Shown here in pieces: positions 1 to 13,778 of a stretch of DNA of 64,000 nt. The DNA is from Octopus vulgaris (taxonomy: Eukaryota), in assembly GCA_951406725.2 (NCBI GenBank), contig OX597816.1, positions 23,808,001-23,872,000 of the forward strand. The letters run 5' to 3'. The notes under the pieces are model-generated. The model had not been told where the DNA came from. It did no database searches and was given only the letters and a program-made list of their open reading frames with translations. Within the stretch, counting starts at the first letter, position 1, and the number at the start of each line of letters is the position of its first letter. Position numbers and translations under genes: made by a program.

Positions 1-298
<298 letters not shown>

Positions 299-471
299 AG
301 ATACATACATACATGTACGCATGCATGCATACATACATACAGCCAGACAAGCATGCATACATATACATACATTCGTGTGCGCATGCATACACACATCCAA
401 ACATATATACATAAATACATGCATACATGCATACATCTCCGTATTCCCTTCCTTGGATCTTTCCTTTTTCT

Positions 472-506
472 GTTTCTGACGAAGAGTTCCGCTCGAAACG
501 TTAAGT
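472..506 (+). ncRNA. Minimal type I hammerhead-like motif (short family C element)
   Basis: gttt-CTGACGA-a-GAG ttccg CTC-GAAA-cg-TT-aag. Core is intact, helix II is 3 bp, helix III is the palindrome AACGTT, helix I is weak. Confidence 0.5.
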
Positions 507-551
507 CCTCCTTCTTTCTTTCCTTTCCTCAGCGTCCAAGAACACTATACA

Positions 552-812
552 GATTGCGCCTGTAATGTACGAATTATCCGGTCGATTTCTCTTTCTGTAA
601 ATCCCAATTTATCCAGATTCTCCTTTAAGCATTTACTAACAAAACCTAGTGCTCCAACTATTATTGGTATTAATATAAATTCATAATCTGGATATAGAAG
701 ATGGAGGTTACGAAGCAGTTGTCCATAGATATCCTCTTTTTCTTTGATTTTCAAAGAAATATATTATATCTGCAGGGCAGCTGATTCTATGATGGTACAT
801 ACTTTTGTCCTT
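552..812 (-). pseudogene. Fragment of the restriction-like endonuclease (RLE) C-terminus of a non-LTR retrotransposon (R2/R4/NeSL type)
   Basis: Translation KIKEKEDIYGQLLRNLHLLYPDYEFILIPIIVGALG shows the K..KY / P(I/V)(I/V)xGxxG pattern of RLE domains. Confidence 0.6.
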
Positions 813-888
813 ATGTATGTATGTATGTATGTATGTATGTATGTATGTATGTATGTATGTATGTATGTATGTATGCATGCATGTATGT

Positions 889-1061
889 CAGGAGTGGCTG
901 TGCGATAAGTAGCTTGCTAACGAACCACATGGTTCCGGGTTCAGTCCCACCTGCGTGGCACCTTGGGCTAGTGTCTTCTACTACAGCTTCGGGCCGCCCA
1001 AAGCTTTGTGAGTGGATTTGGTAGACGGAAACTGAAAGAAGCCCGTCGTATATATATGTGT

Positions 1062-1147
<86 letters not shown>

Positions 1148-1300
1148 TACGTCTCCGTCGCTTAGCGGTTCGGCAGAAAGAGACCTATAGAATAAGTACT
1201 AGGCTTACAAAGAATAAGTCCTGGGGTCGATTTGCTTGACTAAAGGCGGTGCTCCAGCATGGCCGCAGTCAAATGACTGAAACATATAAAGGAATAAAAG
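889..1300 (+). mobile_element. tRNA-derived SINE family 1 with internal (TA)n(TG)n and LINE-like tail
   Basis: Head aggagtggctgtg..ggttcagtccc, body ggtagacggaaactgaaagaagcccgtcg, tail ggcggtgctccagcatggccgcagtcaaatgactgaaac. More than 10 copies in the window. Confidence 0.85.
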
Positions 1301-2007
1301 AAAAAAGAAAATATGTATGTATGCATGTATGTTTGTATGCAAGAAAGTTAAAACTTAGTGCGCAAGCACAGCAGAGTTCAAGGTCAATCTGTACCGAGCG
1401 GCTTTACTCTGAGTGCTTTAGCTTCGTTACTATGGCAACAGTCCGGATACTTATTGATCTGACCACGTACGCATTTATATACGTTGCGTAATTTTTACTG
1501 TTAATCTAAGTCACGATATTGTTGTGGCCATTGTTGCCGCTGCTATTGTTGTTGTTGTTATGTGAGTATTTTTGACAGAGAGAGAGAGAACGAGAGAGAG
1601 GGGGAGACAGAGAGGGAGAGAAAATTAGTGTATATTCTATGTCTGTTTCAACATTGTGAAGCGCTATTACATTTGCTTACATCGTTAATCGTCAGTTTTT
1701 TTAATGGCGGTGATGGGAAGGAATTGCTTATAGGATAGATATGCTGTTTATTAATGTTTTTCCTGTCTAGTTTTGCTTTGTGTTATGTTATGCAATGCGT
1801 TGCGATTATTCCATTTCGAAAATACATGCTGAGCCGGGGGAAAAGCTTAGTAGCTTTAAAGCCAATATAACAGAGGGAGTCGAAAAGTTTACAAATTTTA
1901 CGTTCGCAATTAAATTTGCAAACTACGTCGGGAGTTTAATCATAGGCTTACAGGTTTGGGTTTATAATAGATGAGGGAAGTTTTAAATTTTAATGTTTTG
2001 TAGCGTA

Positions 2008-2048
<41 letters not shown>

Positions 2049-2051
<3 letters not shown>

Positions 2052-2277
2052 TGCAGGAGAGGCTGTGTGGTAAGTAGCTTGCTCACCACACAGGTAAGTA
2101 GCTTGCTCACCAACCACATGGTTCCAGGTTCAGTCCCATTGCGTGGCACCTTGGGCAAGTGTCTTCTACTATAGCCTCCCGCCTACCAAAGCCTTGTGAG
2201 TGGATTTGGTAGGTGGAAACTCAAAGAAGCTTGTCGTATATATGTGTGTGCGTGTGTATGTATTTATACATACATAC

Positions 2278-2342
<65 letters not shown>

Positions 2343-2543
2343 TGTGTCTGTGTTTCTACCCCACCCCAACATCGCTTGACAACCGATGTTGGTGTATTTA
2401 CGTCCCCGTAACTTAGCGGTTCGACAAAAGAGGCCGATAGAATAAGTATTAGGCTTACAAAGAATAAGTCCTGGGTTCGATTTGTTCGACTAAATGCGGT
2501 GCTCCTGCATGGCCACAGTCAAATGACTGAAACAAATAAACGA

Positions 2544-2545
<2 letters not shown>
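2049..2545 (+). mobile_element. SINE family 1, full length
   Basis: Same head, body and tail as 889-1300. Confidence 0.85.
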
Positions 2546-2587
<42 letters not shown>

Positions 2588-3088
2588 CGCATTCCTTGCG
2601 TCATCAGATCGATAAACGACGGCTGATGACTTCCTTGATAAACGCTAAGCCTTTATCTAGGAATTTCCTGAGAGGAAATAAAATTCGTTTCCCGTTGCCT
2701 TCTTTTGGTTGTTTATTTTTATTTCTTTATTTTTATAAAACTTTGTCATGTCGCCAATATACAGACAAGTTTTTCACACCTGCTTGGGAAGAAATTATCC
2801 TTCCGAATTTTAGCACAAGGCCAACAGCTTTGAGCGTGAGAAAGAAGTCAGTTACATCGACCCCCAATATTCAACGGTACATATTTTATCAACCTCGAAA
2901 AGGATTTAAAGGCTAAGTTGACCTCGACAGCAGCTGAACTGAGAATGTCATAAACCGGAAGAAATGTTGCTAAGCACTCGCCAGAGACTTATTCTATTAG
3001 TCTCTTTTGCCGAACCACTAGGTTACTGGGGATGTAAACACGGCAACACCTGTTGTATAGCAGTAGTGGGGGACAAACACACACACAC

Positions 3089-3142
<54 letters not shown>

Positions 3143-3191
3143 ATACATACACACACACATACATACATACATACATACATACATACATACA

Positions 3192-3222
<31 letters not shown>

Positions 3223-3561
3223 GTGTATATATGTATGTGTATGTGTGTGTGCGTGTGTGTATACGACTGACTTTTAGTTTCTTATTTCTTTATTGCCCAC
3301 AAGGGGCTAAACATAGAGGGGATAAACAAGGGTAGACAAACGGATTAAGTCGATTACATCGATCCCAGTGCATAACTGGTACTTAATTTATCGACCCCGA
3401 AAGGATGAAAAGCAAAGTCGACCTTGGGAGAATTTGAACTCAGAACGTAACGGCAGACTTCTTTTAGTTTCTGTCAACTAAATCCACTCACAAAAATTTT
3501 GTTGACTCGTGGCTACTGTAGAATAAATTCGGCCAAGGTGCCACGCAGATAAAAAAAGAAA

Positions 3562-3705
3562 CCAGTCCTCCAGGATTGGGGATTGGCGGAAAGTTAATCC
3601 TCTACCCCCGTAAAAAGTCGAGTTGGTTACAGAAACTTCCATAGATCAAAACCTTCTCGACTCTGGAGAAACCGTGATGGTGAACAGGATAGCAACAGAA
3701 ACCAG
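3562..3705 (+). mobile_element. Fragment of a putative RTE-type LINE 5' region
   Basis: gtcctccaggattgggg...tacccccgtaaaaa motif; near-identical to 4583-4661 plus 5069-5130. Confidence 0.5.
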
Positions 3706-4179
3706 GAACGTGGTTGGGGAGTAAACTCGTTACTACAAAGTCGATTTCGACGGAATTTGAACTCAGAACGTAAATACGAACGAAATGCCGCTTAAGCATT
3801 TCACCCGAAGTGCTAACAATTCTGCCAGCTCGCCGCAAAAACCTAGTCTATTATTTGTGTTTGCTTTCATTAGGTTTCCTGTTGCCCCAGGTGTTCTTGT
3901 TATAAGGTACCATTTTAAGGCTGCAAACTAGTAGAATAATAAAATCTGTCGGAAAAATTGCCTTGAGGTATTTCTTCCGATTCTGAGTTCAAATTTCGCT
4001 AGGTCCAACTTTGCCTTTTGTCCAACCAGAATCGATAAAGTATCAATTAAAAACTAGGGCCGATAGTATTGATGTAACCTTTCCCGTCAAAATTACTGGC
4101 CTTGAGCCTGAATCAGAAGCTATTACAAGACATCACGTTGCCAGCAAAATACAGACAGGTTCACCCCACCTACCTGGTT

Positions 4180-5210
4180 GTCCGCGCGACTTGAAATGCC
4201 GGAGTTTTTTTGAAGAAGTGGGGGCCGTGACAACCGTCACCCTAACGGGCACATCCAGTCGGTGATTGATAGTGGGACGGCCACAAGTATATGGGTAGCT
4301 GCGAAATAAGTAGGATGGACCCATAGTGAGACCACTTGGTGAATAAGCAGTCGTGGACTATATGGCGACAGATTCATTAGGGCGAGTAGAGTCGCAGAGA
4401 CTGGAATCTGTGCCCTCCAAATACCTCTTGTGCCCAATGACGATTCTGTCAGGCGAACTGGAACCGCCTTAAAAGTTCCCCATCACCACCAAGCTGTGTG
4501 GTTTTTACACCACCGGGCTTTCAGATCCGTTAGACCTCTGGGTGCTGGAATAGTATTTTTAACGTTGCGTTAAAAATACCCGGTCCTCCAGGATTGGGGA
4601 TTGACGGAAGGTTAATCATCTACCCCCGTAAAAAGTCGAGCTGGTTACAGAAACTTCAATAATAAGGCGGCGAGCTGGCAGAAACGTTTGCACGCCGGGC
4701 GAAATGCTTATCGGTATTTCATCTGCCGTTACGTTCTGAGTTCAAATTCCGCCGAGGTCGACTTTGCCTTTCATTCTTTCGGGGTCGATTAAATAAATAC
4801 CAGTTACGCACTGGGGTCGATGTAATCGACTTAATCCGTTTGTCTGTCCTTGTTTGTCCTCTCTGTGTTTAGCCCCTTGTGGGTAGTAAAGAAATAGGTA
4901 TTTCGTTTGCCGTTACGTTCTGAGTTCAAATCCGCCGAGGTCGACTTTGCTTTTCATCTTTTCGGGGTCGATAAATTAAGTACCAGTTACGCACTGGGTC
5001 GATATAATCGACTTAACTCCTTTGTTTGTCCTCCCTATGTTTAGCCCCTTGTGGGCAATAAAGAAATAAGAAACTTCAATAGATCAAAACCTACTCGATT
5101 CTAGAGAAACCGTGATGAACAGGATAGCAACATAAAGCAGAATGGAGGAGAAGCTGGAATGAGACCAAAATATGTGCCTCATGGCACGGTGAGAACTACG
5201 TAACTAACCC
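4180..5210 (+). mobile_element. Putative RTE-type LINE 5' region interrupted by a family 2 SINE
   Basis: GC-richer block with the gtcctccaggattgggg...ccccgtaaaaa motif. Collinear with 3562-3705 once the SINE is removed. Outer boundaries are approximate. Confidence 0.45.
4662..5068 (+). mobile_element. SINE family 2 (head plus two ~180-bp body units) with 13-bp TSD
   Basis: Head aaggcggcgagctggcagaa, B-box-like gagttcaaattcc, conserved block gactttgcctttcat..ttcggggtcgat..aagtaccag. TSD agaaacttcaata at 4649-4661 and 5069-5081. Confidence 0.88.
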
Positions 5211-5449
5211 AGTTGCTGAGAACGTAATGAACCGGAACAAATACCGGAAAGCAATACATTGTTCGACGCACAACAAACAGTCCTGCAATTCCACTGCTCT
5301 GGACTTAGCAAAGAACAAAAAAAAAAGTAAAGCTGACCTCGGCGAAGTCTGAACTCACAACGGAAAGAACCGGAAGAGATACATCAATGCCTTTCATTCG
5401 ACGCTCTAACGATTGTAGTCAATAACAAGTGCAAGCTTGTGATTGGATG

Positions 5450-5800
5450 CAGCATTTTGTATTCTGTTTTATGAGTTCTTGCTTTTTTTTATATAATAAT
5501 AATGTGTTCATTTATTCTATAGTTAATGTACGTTTGATTCATGTAATATAGTTTATGTGTGGTTTGTGTATTTTTAATAAGTGTTCTGTCTGATGTATTT
5601 ATTGCGTTGTATTAGTGTCTGTATTGTTCGATTGGTTTGCTCTATTAGCTTGTTTGTATAGACGTTGTTGATTAGCGTTTGTTTTATCCTGTTGATATCA
5701 TTGTTTTGTGCTTCGGTTGTGAAGGAGAATCTAAATGCTTTTCCAAGTAGAGAGATTTTGCCATTGACATTCATGAAACAGAAACACAAGTGATTTTGAG
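5450..5800 (-). pseudogene. Decayed Penelope-like element ORF fragment (RT C-terminal region)
   Basis: KISLLGKAFRFS...DINRIKQTLINNVYTNKLIEQT resembles the post-RT 'RA...E+..IK..L..NGY' segment of Penelope proteins. Confidence 0.5.
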
Positions 5801-5854
5801 GTGATGCGGTGATGATGGCGGTCGTGGTGGGGCGAAATATTTAGACTCGTAACA

Positions 5855-6768
5855 TCACCGCCAACAACAAAAACCACCATTATATCATTGCCACTACCAC
5901 CACCACTATCACCAATACCACCACCACTACTATCACCACCACCACTACTATCACCACCAGCATCATCACTATCATCACCACCACCACCATCACCACCACC
6001 ACCACTATCACCACCACCACCACCATCACCATCACCACCACCATCACTACCACTGTAACCACCACCGCCACTACTATCACCGCTACCACCACTATCATCA
6101 CCACCACCATCACCACTAGCATCATCACCACCACCACTATCATTACCACCATCACCACTATCACCACCACCACCATCACTACTATCACTGCTACCACCAC
6201 TATCCACCATCACCACTAGCATCATCACCACCCTCACCACTATCATCACCACCACCACCACTATCATCACCACTACCGCACTACCACCACCACTACTATC
6301 ACCACCACCATCACCATCGCCATCACCACCACCATCACCACTATCATCACCACTACCACTATCATCACCACCACCACCACTGTCATCACCATCACAACTA
6401 CTACCATTACCTTTACCAAACTCACCAACACCACATCACGGCCAGCATCCTGAGCAGTAACCACCACAACCATCGCCGTCACCCGTATTATGAATACCAT
6501 CAATACCACTGTCAGAATCACCGATACCATTACTACCACCGCCATCACAACCACCAATACCCCTAACACCACCACCACCATCACTATCTCCACAACCACC
6601 GCCACCGCCACAACCACCTATACCACCACTACCACCAACACCACTATACCACCACTACCACCAACACCACTAACACCACCACACTATCACTATCTCCACT
6701 ACCAACACTACCACCACTACCACTACCACAACCACCACTACCACAACCACCACTACCACCACCACCAG
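5855..6768. repeat. Degenerate (ACC)/(ATC)/(ACT) triplet repeat
   Basis: Directly visible; explains the poly-V, poly-G and poly-T ORFs. Confidence 0.95.
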
Positions 6769-6927
6769 TTCTTACACTGTGTTGACCGGAATATGAAGTG
6801 CTGCGTGATGTTTAAAAAGAACTGAACAAAGTGCAATTGTTGTTGACGAGATGTGGTTAAAAATAGAACAGGTTATGATGAATCAGCGTTCAAGTGGAGC
6901 TGGGGGTCTGCAAATATTGGGACGGAA

Positions 6928-7722
6928 ATAGAGAGAGAGGAAGAAGAGAGGAAGAGCAAAGAGAAAGAGAGAGTAAAGATTGGGATAAAGAGAAAGACAG
7001 AGAGAGTAAAGGAGAGAGTGTAAAGGAGAAAGAGAGTAAAGGAGAGAGAGTAAATGAGAGAGAGAGTAAAGGCGAAAGAGAGTAAAGGAGAGAGAGAGTA
7101 AAGGAAAGAGAGAGAGTAAAGGAGAAAGAGAGTAAAGGAGAGAGAGTAAAGGAGAGAGAGTAAAGGAGAAAGAGAGTAAAGGAGAGAGAGTAAAGGAGAA
7201 AGAGAGTAAAGGAGAGAGAGAGTAAAGGAGAGAGAGTAAAGGAGAAAGAGAGTAAAGGAGAGAGAGAATAAAGGAGAGAGAGAGTAAAGGAGAGAGAGCA
7301 AAGGTAGAGAGAGAGTAAAACCAGAGAGATAGACAGACACAGTGAGAGAAATAGAGGGAGAGAGAGGTGAGAGGGACAGAGTGGGAAAGAGAGGAAAATA
7401 GGAAGAGCAAGGAGAAAGAGAGAGTAAAGATTGAGATAAAGAGAAAGACAGAGAAAGTAAAGGAGAGAGAGAGTAAAGGAGAAAGAGAGTAAAGGAGAGA
7501 GAGAGTAAAGGAGAGAGAGCAAAGGTAGAGAGAGAGTAAAACCAGAGAGATAGACAGACACAGTGAGAGATATAGAGGGAGAGAGAGGTGAGAGGGACAG
7601 AGTGGGAAAGAGAGGAAAATAGGAATAAAGAAAAAGAGAGGGTGGGAGAAGGAGAGACAGAGATAAAGAAGGAAAGACAATGTGAGCGGGGAAAAGCGAG
7701 ACAGAAAGGAAAAGAGTAAAGG

Positions 7723-7753
<31 letters not shown>

Positions 7754-7765
7754 TGAAGAGAGAGG
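6928..7765. repeat. Purine-rich minisatellite of (GA)n with AGAGTAAAGG units and an internal ~140-200 bp duplication
   Basis: Repeated gagagtaaaggaga units. The block gcaaaggtagagagagagtaaaaccagagagatagacagacacagtgagaga occurs at about 7298 and 7519. Confidence 0.9.
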
Positions 7766-8299
7766 TGGAAGATGGCGACAGGAACGATTCAAATTTGAAC
7801 AAAGTTTGAAAGAGAGCGAGTGGGGGGAATGAAAGAGGAGCAAAGAATGTGAGAGATAGTGTGAGGATAAAGAAGACAAAAAAAGAAGAAGAGGCTAGAA
7901 CGGGAAGGATAGAGGGCAGAAGAAGAAAGATTGAAATGGGGGGAAAAGACAGAATGATAATAAAGGAATGAGAAACCGAAGGGTCGTTAGAAAAGGAGAT
8001 TTATTTATTCTATAGAAGAAGAAGAAAAAAATGAGAGAAGTACAGAGGTTGTTGGGGGTGGGGAGAAGAGAGAAGAGAAGGAATGAAGGAAAGCAAGGAA
8101 TGTTTGTTGGACAGAGGAGAAGAATGATAGAGAAAGAGAGAAAAAAAACAAGATGGAAGAACAGAAGAAAAGACAAAGTGAAGTTTGGAGAGAATTTCTA
8201 GAAACAGAATTTCAGTAGTTTTGCGTCAACAAGATTCTATCCAGTTGCGAAAAGCAAGCAAATACATCATCGTCATCGTCATCGTCATCATTTTTTCTT

Positions 8300-8389
8300 C
8301 CTTTTCTTCTTTTCCTTCTTTTTCTTCTACTACTAGTTGATCTTTTTCTACTTCTTCAACTTCTTCTTCTTCCTCCTCCTTCCTCTACA

Positions 8390-8426
<37 letters not shown>

Positions 8427-8590
8427 ATTCTTCTTCCTCCTCCTCTACTACTACTACTACTACTACTACTAAGTTTTATTTCTTCATCTTCTCATTCTTC
8501 CCCCTCTACTACTTACTACTAATAGTTCTTCTACTACTGCTACTACTACTACTACTGCTGCTGCTGCTACTACTACTACTACTAGTAGTT

Positions 8591-8626
<36 letters not shown>

Positions 8627-8875
8627 CTAGTTCTTTTTTTCTACTTCTTCTTCCTCCTCTATGACTACTACTAGTAATTCTACTACTACTACTGCTGCCG
8701 CTGCTCTTACTGCTACTACTACTACCTACTTCTGCTTTTTTTTTATATTTGTCTTCTACTTCTCTTCCCTTCTTCCTTTCCTCCTTCTTCGTGGCGGTCT
8801 TCCTTCTCTTCAACGTCGTCATCGTCTCCTTTTTCTTCTTCTTCTTCTCTACCTCCTCCTCCTCCTCCTTCTTCA
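8300..8875. repeat. Mixed (CTA)/(CTT)/(TAG)/(CCT) triplet microsatellite
   Basis: Directly visible. Confidence 0.93.
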
Positions 8876-9059
8876 CTCTTCACGTTGACCCAATCTTTAT
8901 GAATGAACTGATTACGCGTAAACTACAAGGAAAGTCCGACAGATTCACGAAACTCCGCTGTCCGTTTTAGATCCTCTGCCTCACCTTTGGCTTCCTTTCG
9001 CAGGACCCACTCAGTTATAAATACTATAGTCGCACACATGGCTGGGTAGGGGGTGTCAT

Positions 9060-9850
9060 TTATTTTAATCCTTTTTTTTTCATCATCAACAGTTTTAACG
9101 AGTTACCCAATAATATATTCTCCTTCACTGTTCACGACTTCTTGCCAACATTCCACAAGCTTGTCAATGCTTTAACGATAGAAACCACCGGGTCTTGACT
9201 CGAGGGATTCCATCGAGCCACGTTTTAAGCACCACGTCGTTGTTGGCCGAAACGCTTCGTAAGACTGTTGGAGACCGACGCAAAAAAGTAATAAGCTGAA
9301 GGTGCTATATCAGTAGAGTGGAGGCGCAATGGCCCAGTGGTTAGGGCAGCGGACTCGCGGTCGTAGGATCGCGGTTTCGATTCCCAGACCGGGCGTTGTG
9401 AGTGTTTATTGAGCGAAAACACCTAAAGCTCCACGAGGCTCCGGCAGGGGATGGTGGTGATCCCTGCTGTACTCTTTCACCACAACTTTCTCTCACTCTT
9501 ACTTCCTGTTTCTGTTGTACCTGTATTTCAAAGGGCCGGCCTTGTCACTCTCTGTGTCACGCTGAATATCCCCGAGAACTACGTTAAGGGTACACGTGTC
9601 TGTGGAGTGCTCAGCCACTTACACGCTAATTTCACGAGCAGGCTGTTCCGTTGATCGGATCAACCGGAACCCTCGTCGTCGTAACCGACGGAGTGCTTCC
9701 ACATATCAGTAGAACTTCCCAGTTGAGCTTTTGAATAGCATTTTTGGGTCAAATTAGCGACGTAAGGACGAGCTTTGTCGTGTTGAGGAAACATGTCGGA
9801 TCACCGGTCGAGTCGCTTCAGCTCGATGTGCCGGTGCAGTTGCTCAACGT
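9060..9850 (-). mobile_element. Decayed mariner transposase 3' fragment interrupted by a SINE
   Basis: Minus-strand STDIAPSAYYFFASV corresponds to the YSPDLAPSDY motif, followed by a remnant ending in KLVECWQEVV. Confidence 0.65.
9318..9702 (+). mobile_element. tRNA-derived SINE family 3, full length, 11-bp TSD
   Basis: A-box tggcccagtgg and B-box ggtttcgattcc. TSD atatcagtaga at 9307-9317 and 9703-9713. Second copy at 61130-61450. Confidence 0.9.
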
Positions 9851-9963
9851 AAAGCTAAGATCTAAACACACAACAGGTATTATTTGATTAAGTTGTAGTT
9901 TTAGAAGATTAGTTTGTTTGATTTCCAAATCGGTGTGTATTTTTAGCGTTAGATATAGAAGAG

Positions 9964-10232
9964 ACGCGGCGAGCTGGCAGAAACGTTAGGACGCGTGGCG
10001 AAATGCTAAGCGGTATTTCGTCTGCCGCTACGTTCTGAGTTCAAATTCCGCCGAGGTCGACTTTGCCTTTCATCCTTTCGGGGTCGATAAATTAAGTACC
10101 AGTTACGCACTGGGGGTCGATGTAATCGACTTAATACCTATGTCTGTCCTTGTTTGTCCCCTCTATGTTTAGCCCCTAGTGGGTAGTAAAAAAATAGGTA
10201 TTTCGTCTGCCGCTACGTTCTGAGTTTAAATT
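9964..10232 (+). mobile_element. SINE family 2
   Basis: Head plus one body unit and the start of a second. Confidence 0.85.
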
Positions 10233-10912
10233 CGCGGCGGCGGTGATAGTAGTGGTGATTTGGGATGCGGCGGCGGCGGCGGTGGCGGTAGTGGGACGAC
10301 GGCGATAGCAGCGACAGCAGTAGTAGCGGCGGCAGTGGCAGTGACGGCGGTGGTGGAAGAGACAGCGGCGATGGCGGCGACGGTGGCGGCCGGCAGCGGC
10401 GGCAGTAGCGGTGGCGGTGGTGGCGGTGATGTTTATATTTGTCTCGTTGGCTTCGTGGCTTCTGTAGTCGCTTCCGTTCCGAGTTTAATGGAATTGGTAA
10501 ACATGATGCACAATATAGTTGTTTGGTAAAATATAATGTAAAGCATTGCGACCACCTTCCTTTCCCCCCACTCAATTATGACCCCGTCACCTTACTTCTC
10601 CAACGCACCATCCTACGGCACTTCGTTTCCTCCAATCCAACTGTTACTGCCCGTAATTTCCTTGAACAGCATCTAACTTCCTTTATACGAGACGACAATC
10701 TGCATCAATTTTTTTTTACCGTCTACAGTTATTTTATTATATTTTTTCCGTAATTTGCATTAAAGAGCGCCTTTCAGATGCTAGATATAACGAAACGAAA
10801 CCGGACTACTTCGACTTGTAGGCCGCAACATCATATTCTCTGATCAGATCTACCAGATTCTTATAGTATTCGTGTTATTTTATATCATGCATCTCCCTCA
10901 TCCGAGAACAAG

Positions 10913-11342
10913 TACTCTTTACTCTCTTACTCTTTTACTCTTTTACTTGTTTCAGTCATTTGACTGTGGGCCATGCTGGAGCACCACCTTTTTAGTCGAG
11001 CAAATTGACCCCAGGACTTATTCTTTGTAAGCCTAGTACTTATTCTATCGGTCTCTTTTGCCGAACCGCTAAATTACGGAAACGTAAACACACCAGCATC
11101 GGTTGTCAAGCGATGTTGGGGGGACAAACACGGACACACAAACATATACACACACATACATATATATATATATACATATATATACGACGGGCTTCTTTCA
11201 GTTTCCGTCTACCAAATCCACTCACAAGGCTTTGGTCGGCCCGAGGCTATAGTAGAAGACACTTGCCCAAGGTGCCACGCCGTGGGACTGAACCCGGAAC
11301 CATGTGGTTGGTAAGCAAGCTACTTACCACAGAGCCACTCCT
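10913..11342 (-). mobile_element. SINE family 1, full length
   Basis: Reverse complement of the 889/2049 family with an (AAGAGTA)-type tail. Confidence 0.87.
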
Positions 11343-11385
11343 GGTAATAAGTGTCATAGAAACAGCCACCCAAGTAAAATTAATA

Positions 11386-11730
11386 AACAAGAGCACTCAG
11401 AGAGCGCAAACCTCCGCCAAGGCAACACCAGTATCCTCTCAACGATTAGCCAGAGATGATTTTTAAATGAGAATATCTGAAATAAAAGTCGACTGTTCTC
11501 ACGGACGAGAATACTAAAAATGAACCTGACCGCTTTCAAAAATTAAGTAAAACAAAAAGAAAACGGGAAAATAATCCAGAATCCTTGTCCGGCACCGGAT
11601 CGATCCCAAAATCTAATCAGTTCGTACCAGTCACGAGGGGCCAAGCATCCCTAAAAGTTTCATCCGAATCCATCCAGCGGTTCTTGAGGTATCTTGTCCT
11701 CGGACAAACAAGCACGAATGAAAACAATAA
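11386..11730. mobile_element. Non-autonomous Helentron/HINE-like repeat
   Basis: Terminal hairpin gagcactcagagagcgc next to acctccgcc. Copies at 34216-34580 and, inverted, 58075-58463, where the other end is the hairpin ttacctccacc...gcggaggta. Family assignment is an inference. Confidence 0.6.
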
Positions 11731-12029
11731 CACAGTGTCTCTCATGCACGCTCTCCTATACACACGCACACACACACGCCGCTCTCTTACTCTTGGCTAT
11801 GAAACCCTATCCTACTCTGTTCCTGGTAATTATTTCACTATGGCGTTTCAGTCTAAACACACTTTATCATTATTACTATTATTATTACTGATTGCTGTTT
11901 TTTACTTTACGTTTTCTTCACGAAGGACCACTGCCCGAAAAGTTGAAGTCACCTTCGTTTCTTCCTCACAGCGTAAAAGTAACTACTTTGTACTCCTTTG
12001 TCTTTTGTTGTGGTTGTTTTTTTATGTTC

Positions 12030-12675
12030 ACGACGACGACGACAACGACGACGATGATGATGACGATGACGATGATGATGATGGTGGTGGGGATGATGAT
12101 GATGATGATGATGAGGATGATGAGGATGATGATGGTGGTGATGATGATGATGATGATGATGATTGAATATAAAAATTATAACGAGGAGGTGGACGAGGAT
12201 TATGATGACTGCAGTTTTGGTGGAGGATAATGGTGGTACGCTGCAGTTGTTGCTGGTAGTGGTGGTGGTGGTGGTGGTGGTAGTGGTGGTGGTGGCGGTG
12301 GTGGTGGTGGTGGTGGTGGTGGTGGTGGTAGTCATCTTCGTCGAAGTCGTCATCGACGCCAACACCAATACCACCACCAATACCACCACCACCACCACTA
12401 CTACCATCACCACCACCACCCACCATCGTCCTCATCATAAACAGACAGAAGCAGTAGGTGGGCGCACACTGTTTTGGGAATATTGTATTCCACCAACGTC
12501 ATCCCCCTTCCCTCCCACCCTCACTCCCCCTCCTTCCTACTCACTGAATTCCTATCCGAGACAGTTCGGTTCTAAGCTTTAACTGTAGTTGTTGTTATTG
12601 CTGCTGTTATCGTTGTTGTTCTTGTTTTTGATAGTAGTAGTAGTAGTAGTAGTAATAGTAGTAGTAGTGGTGGTG

Positions 12676-12735
<60 letters not shown>

Positions 12736-13028
12736 TTTGTTTGCAAAAAAAAGCTAGTTATGTTTCCATGGCAATCATCTATGAAAACATTAGACTAGAC
12801 GCAAAATGGAATTTCGCTTCAAATGAATTGTTAGTGTGTATTCTTCTCTCCATTTTTCGTTTATTGTTATCGCTAATGTTGCTGTTGTGGTTGTCGTTAA
12901 TGTTTTGTTGTTGTTGTTGTTGTTGATGTTCTTGTTGTTGACGGCGATGATGATGATGATGATGATGATAATGTTTTGTTTTTGTTTGTTTTTTATACTC
13001 TCTCTCCCTCCCTCTCTCTCTTTCTCCC

Positions 13029-13065
<37 letters not shown>

Positions 13066-13187
13066 TGTGTTCTTTCTCAACCGAGGCCATTCGATATTAC
13101 TCTATAGTAATAATATCTTCACCATTAATCCATAATAAATAACAGTTCATCTTCATATAAATTCATAATCGATACCGTTTCGCCATT

Positions 13188-13236
<49 letters not shown>

Positions 13237-13300
13237 CGGCGGCGGTGGTGGTGGCGGCGTCGGCGGTGGTGTTGGTGGTGGTAGTAGTAGTAGTAGTAGT
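12030..13300. repeat. Cluster of (GAT)n, (GGT)n, (TAG)n, (TTG)n and (CT)n microsatellites
   Basis: Directly visible. Confidence 0.93.
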
Positions 13301-13475
13301 ATGTTCACATTTGGTATACAATGTTATACTTCTTATCACATTGCTTTCTTCCCTTCAGTTTTTGTTTTGGTTTTTTTGTAAACCCCCCCCCCCCAAAAAA
13401 AAAAACATTTTAAACTATCCTTGTCATGTCTCCCTCATTCGATACCCCAGTGGTAAATAAAAGAAATCATCATCA

Positions 13476-13524
<49 letters not shown>

Positions 13525-13526
13525 AT

Positions 13527-13735
13527 AGGCGTAGGAGTGGCTTTGTGGTAAGTAGCTTGCTTACGAACCACATGGTTCCGGGTTCAGTCCTACTTCGTGG
13601 CATTTTAGGCAAGTGTCTTCTACTATAGCCTCGGGCCGACCAAAGCCTTGTGAGTGGATTTGGTAGACGGGAACTGAAAGAAGCCCGTCGTATATATGTG
13701 TGTGTAGGGGGGTATCTATGTTTGTCCCCCAGCAT
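13527..13735 (+). mobile_element. SINE family 1, 5' half
   Basis: Head and body match; tail is missing. Confidence 0.8.
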
Positions 13736-13778
13736 CCCAATGAATCTATATTAAAAGATAGTAGCCGTTCCTGCTTAC

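Noticed and set aside
2620-2645. CTGATGA word near (TA)n
   Set aside because: No downstream stem-GAAA-NUH arrangement.
4390-4470. Possible HDV-like ribozyme in the RTE-like 5' region (ggcgaactggaac)
   Set aside because: I could not assemble the P1, P2 and P3 pairings by eye.
9318-9390. tRNA gene candidates (also 17071, 28120, 30124, 36660-36729, 37025)
   Set aside because: A and B boxes are present, but I could not build a complete cloverleaf. Most run into SINE bodies with TSDs.
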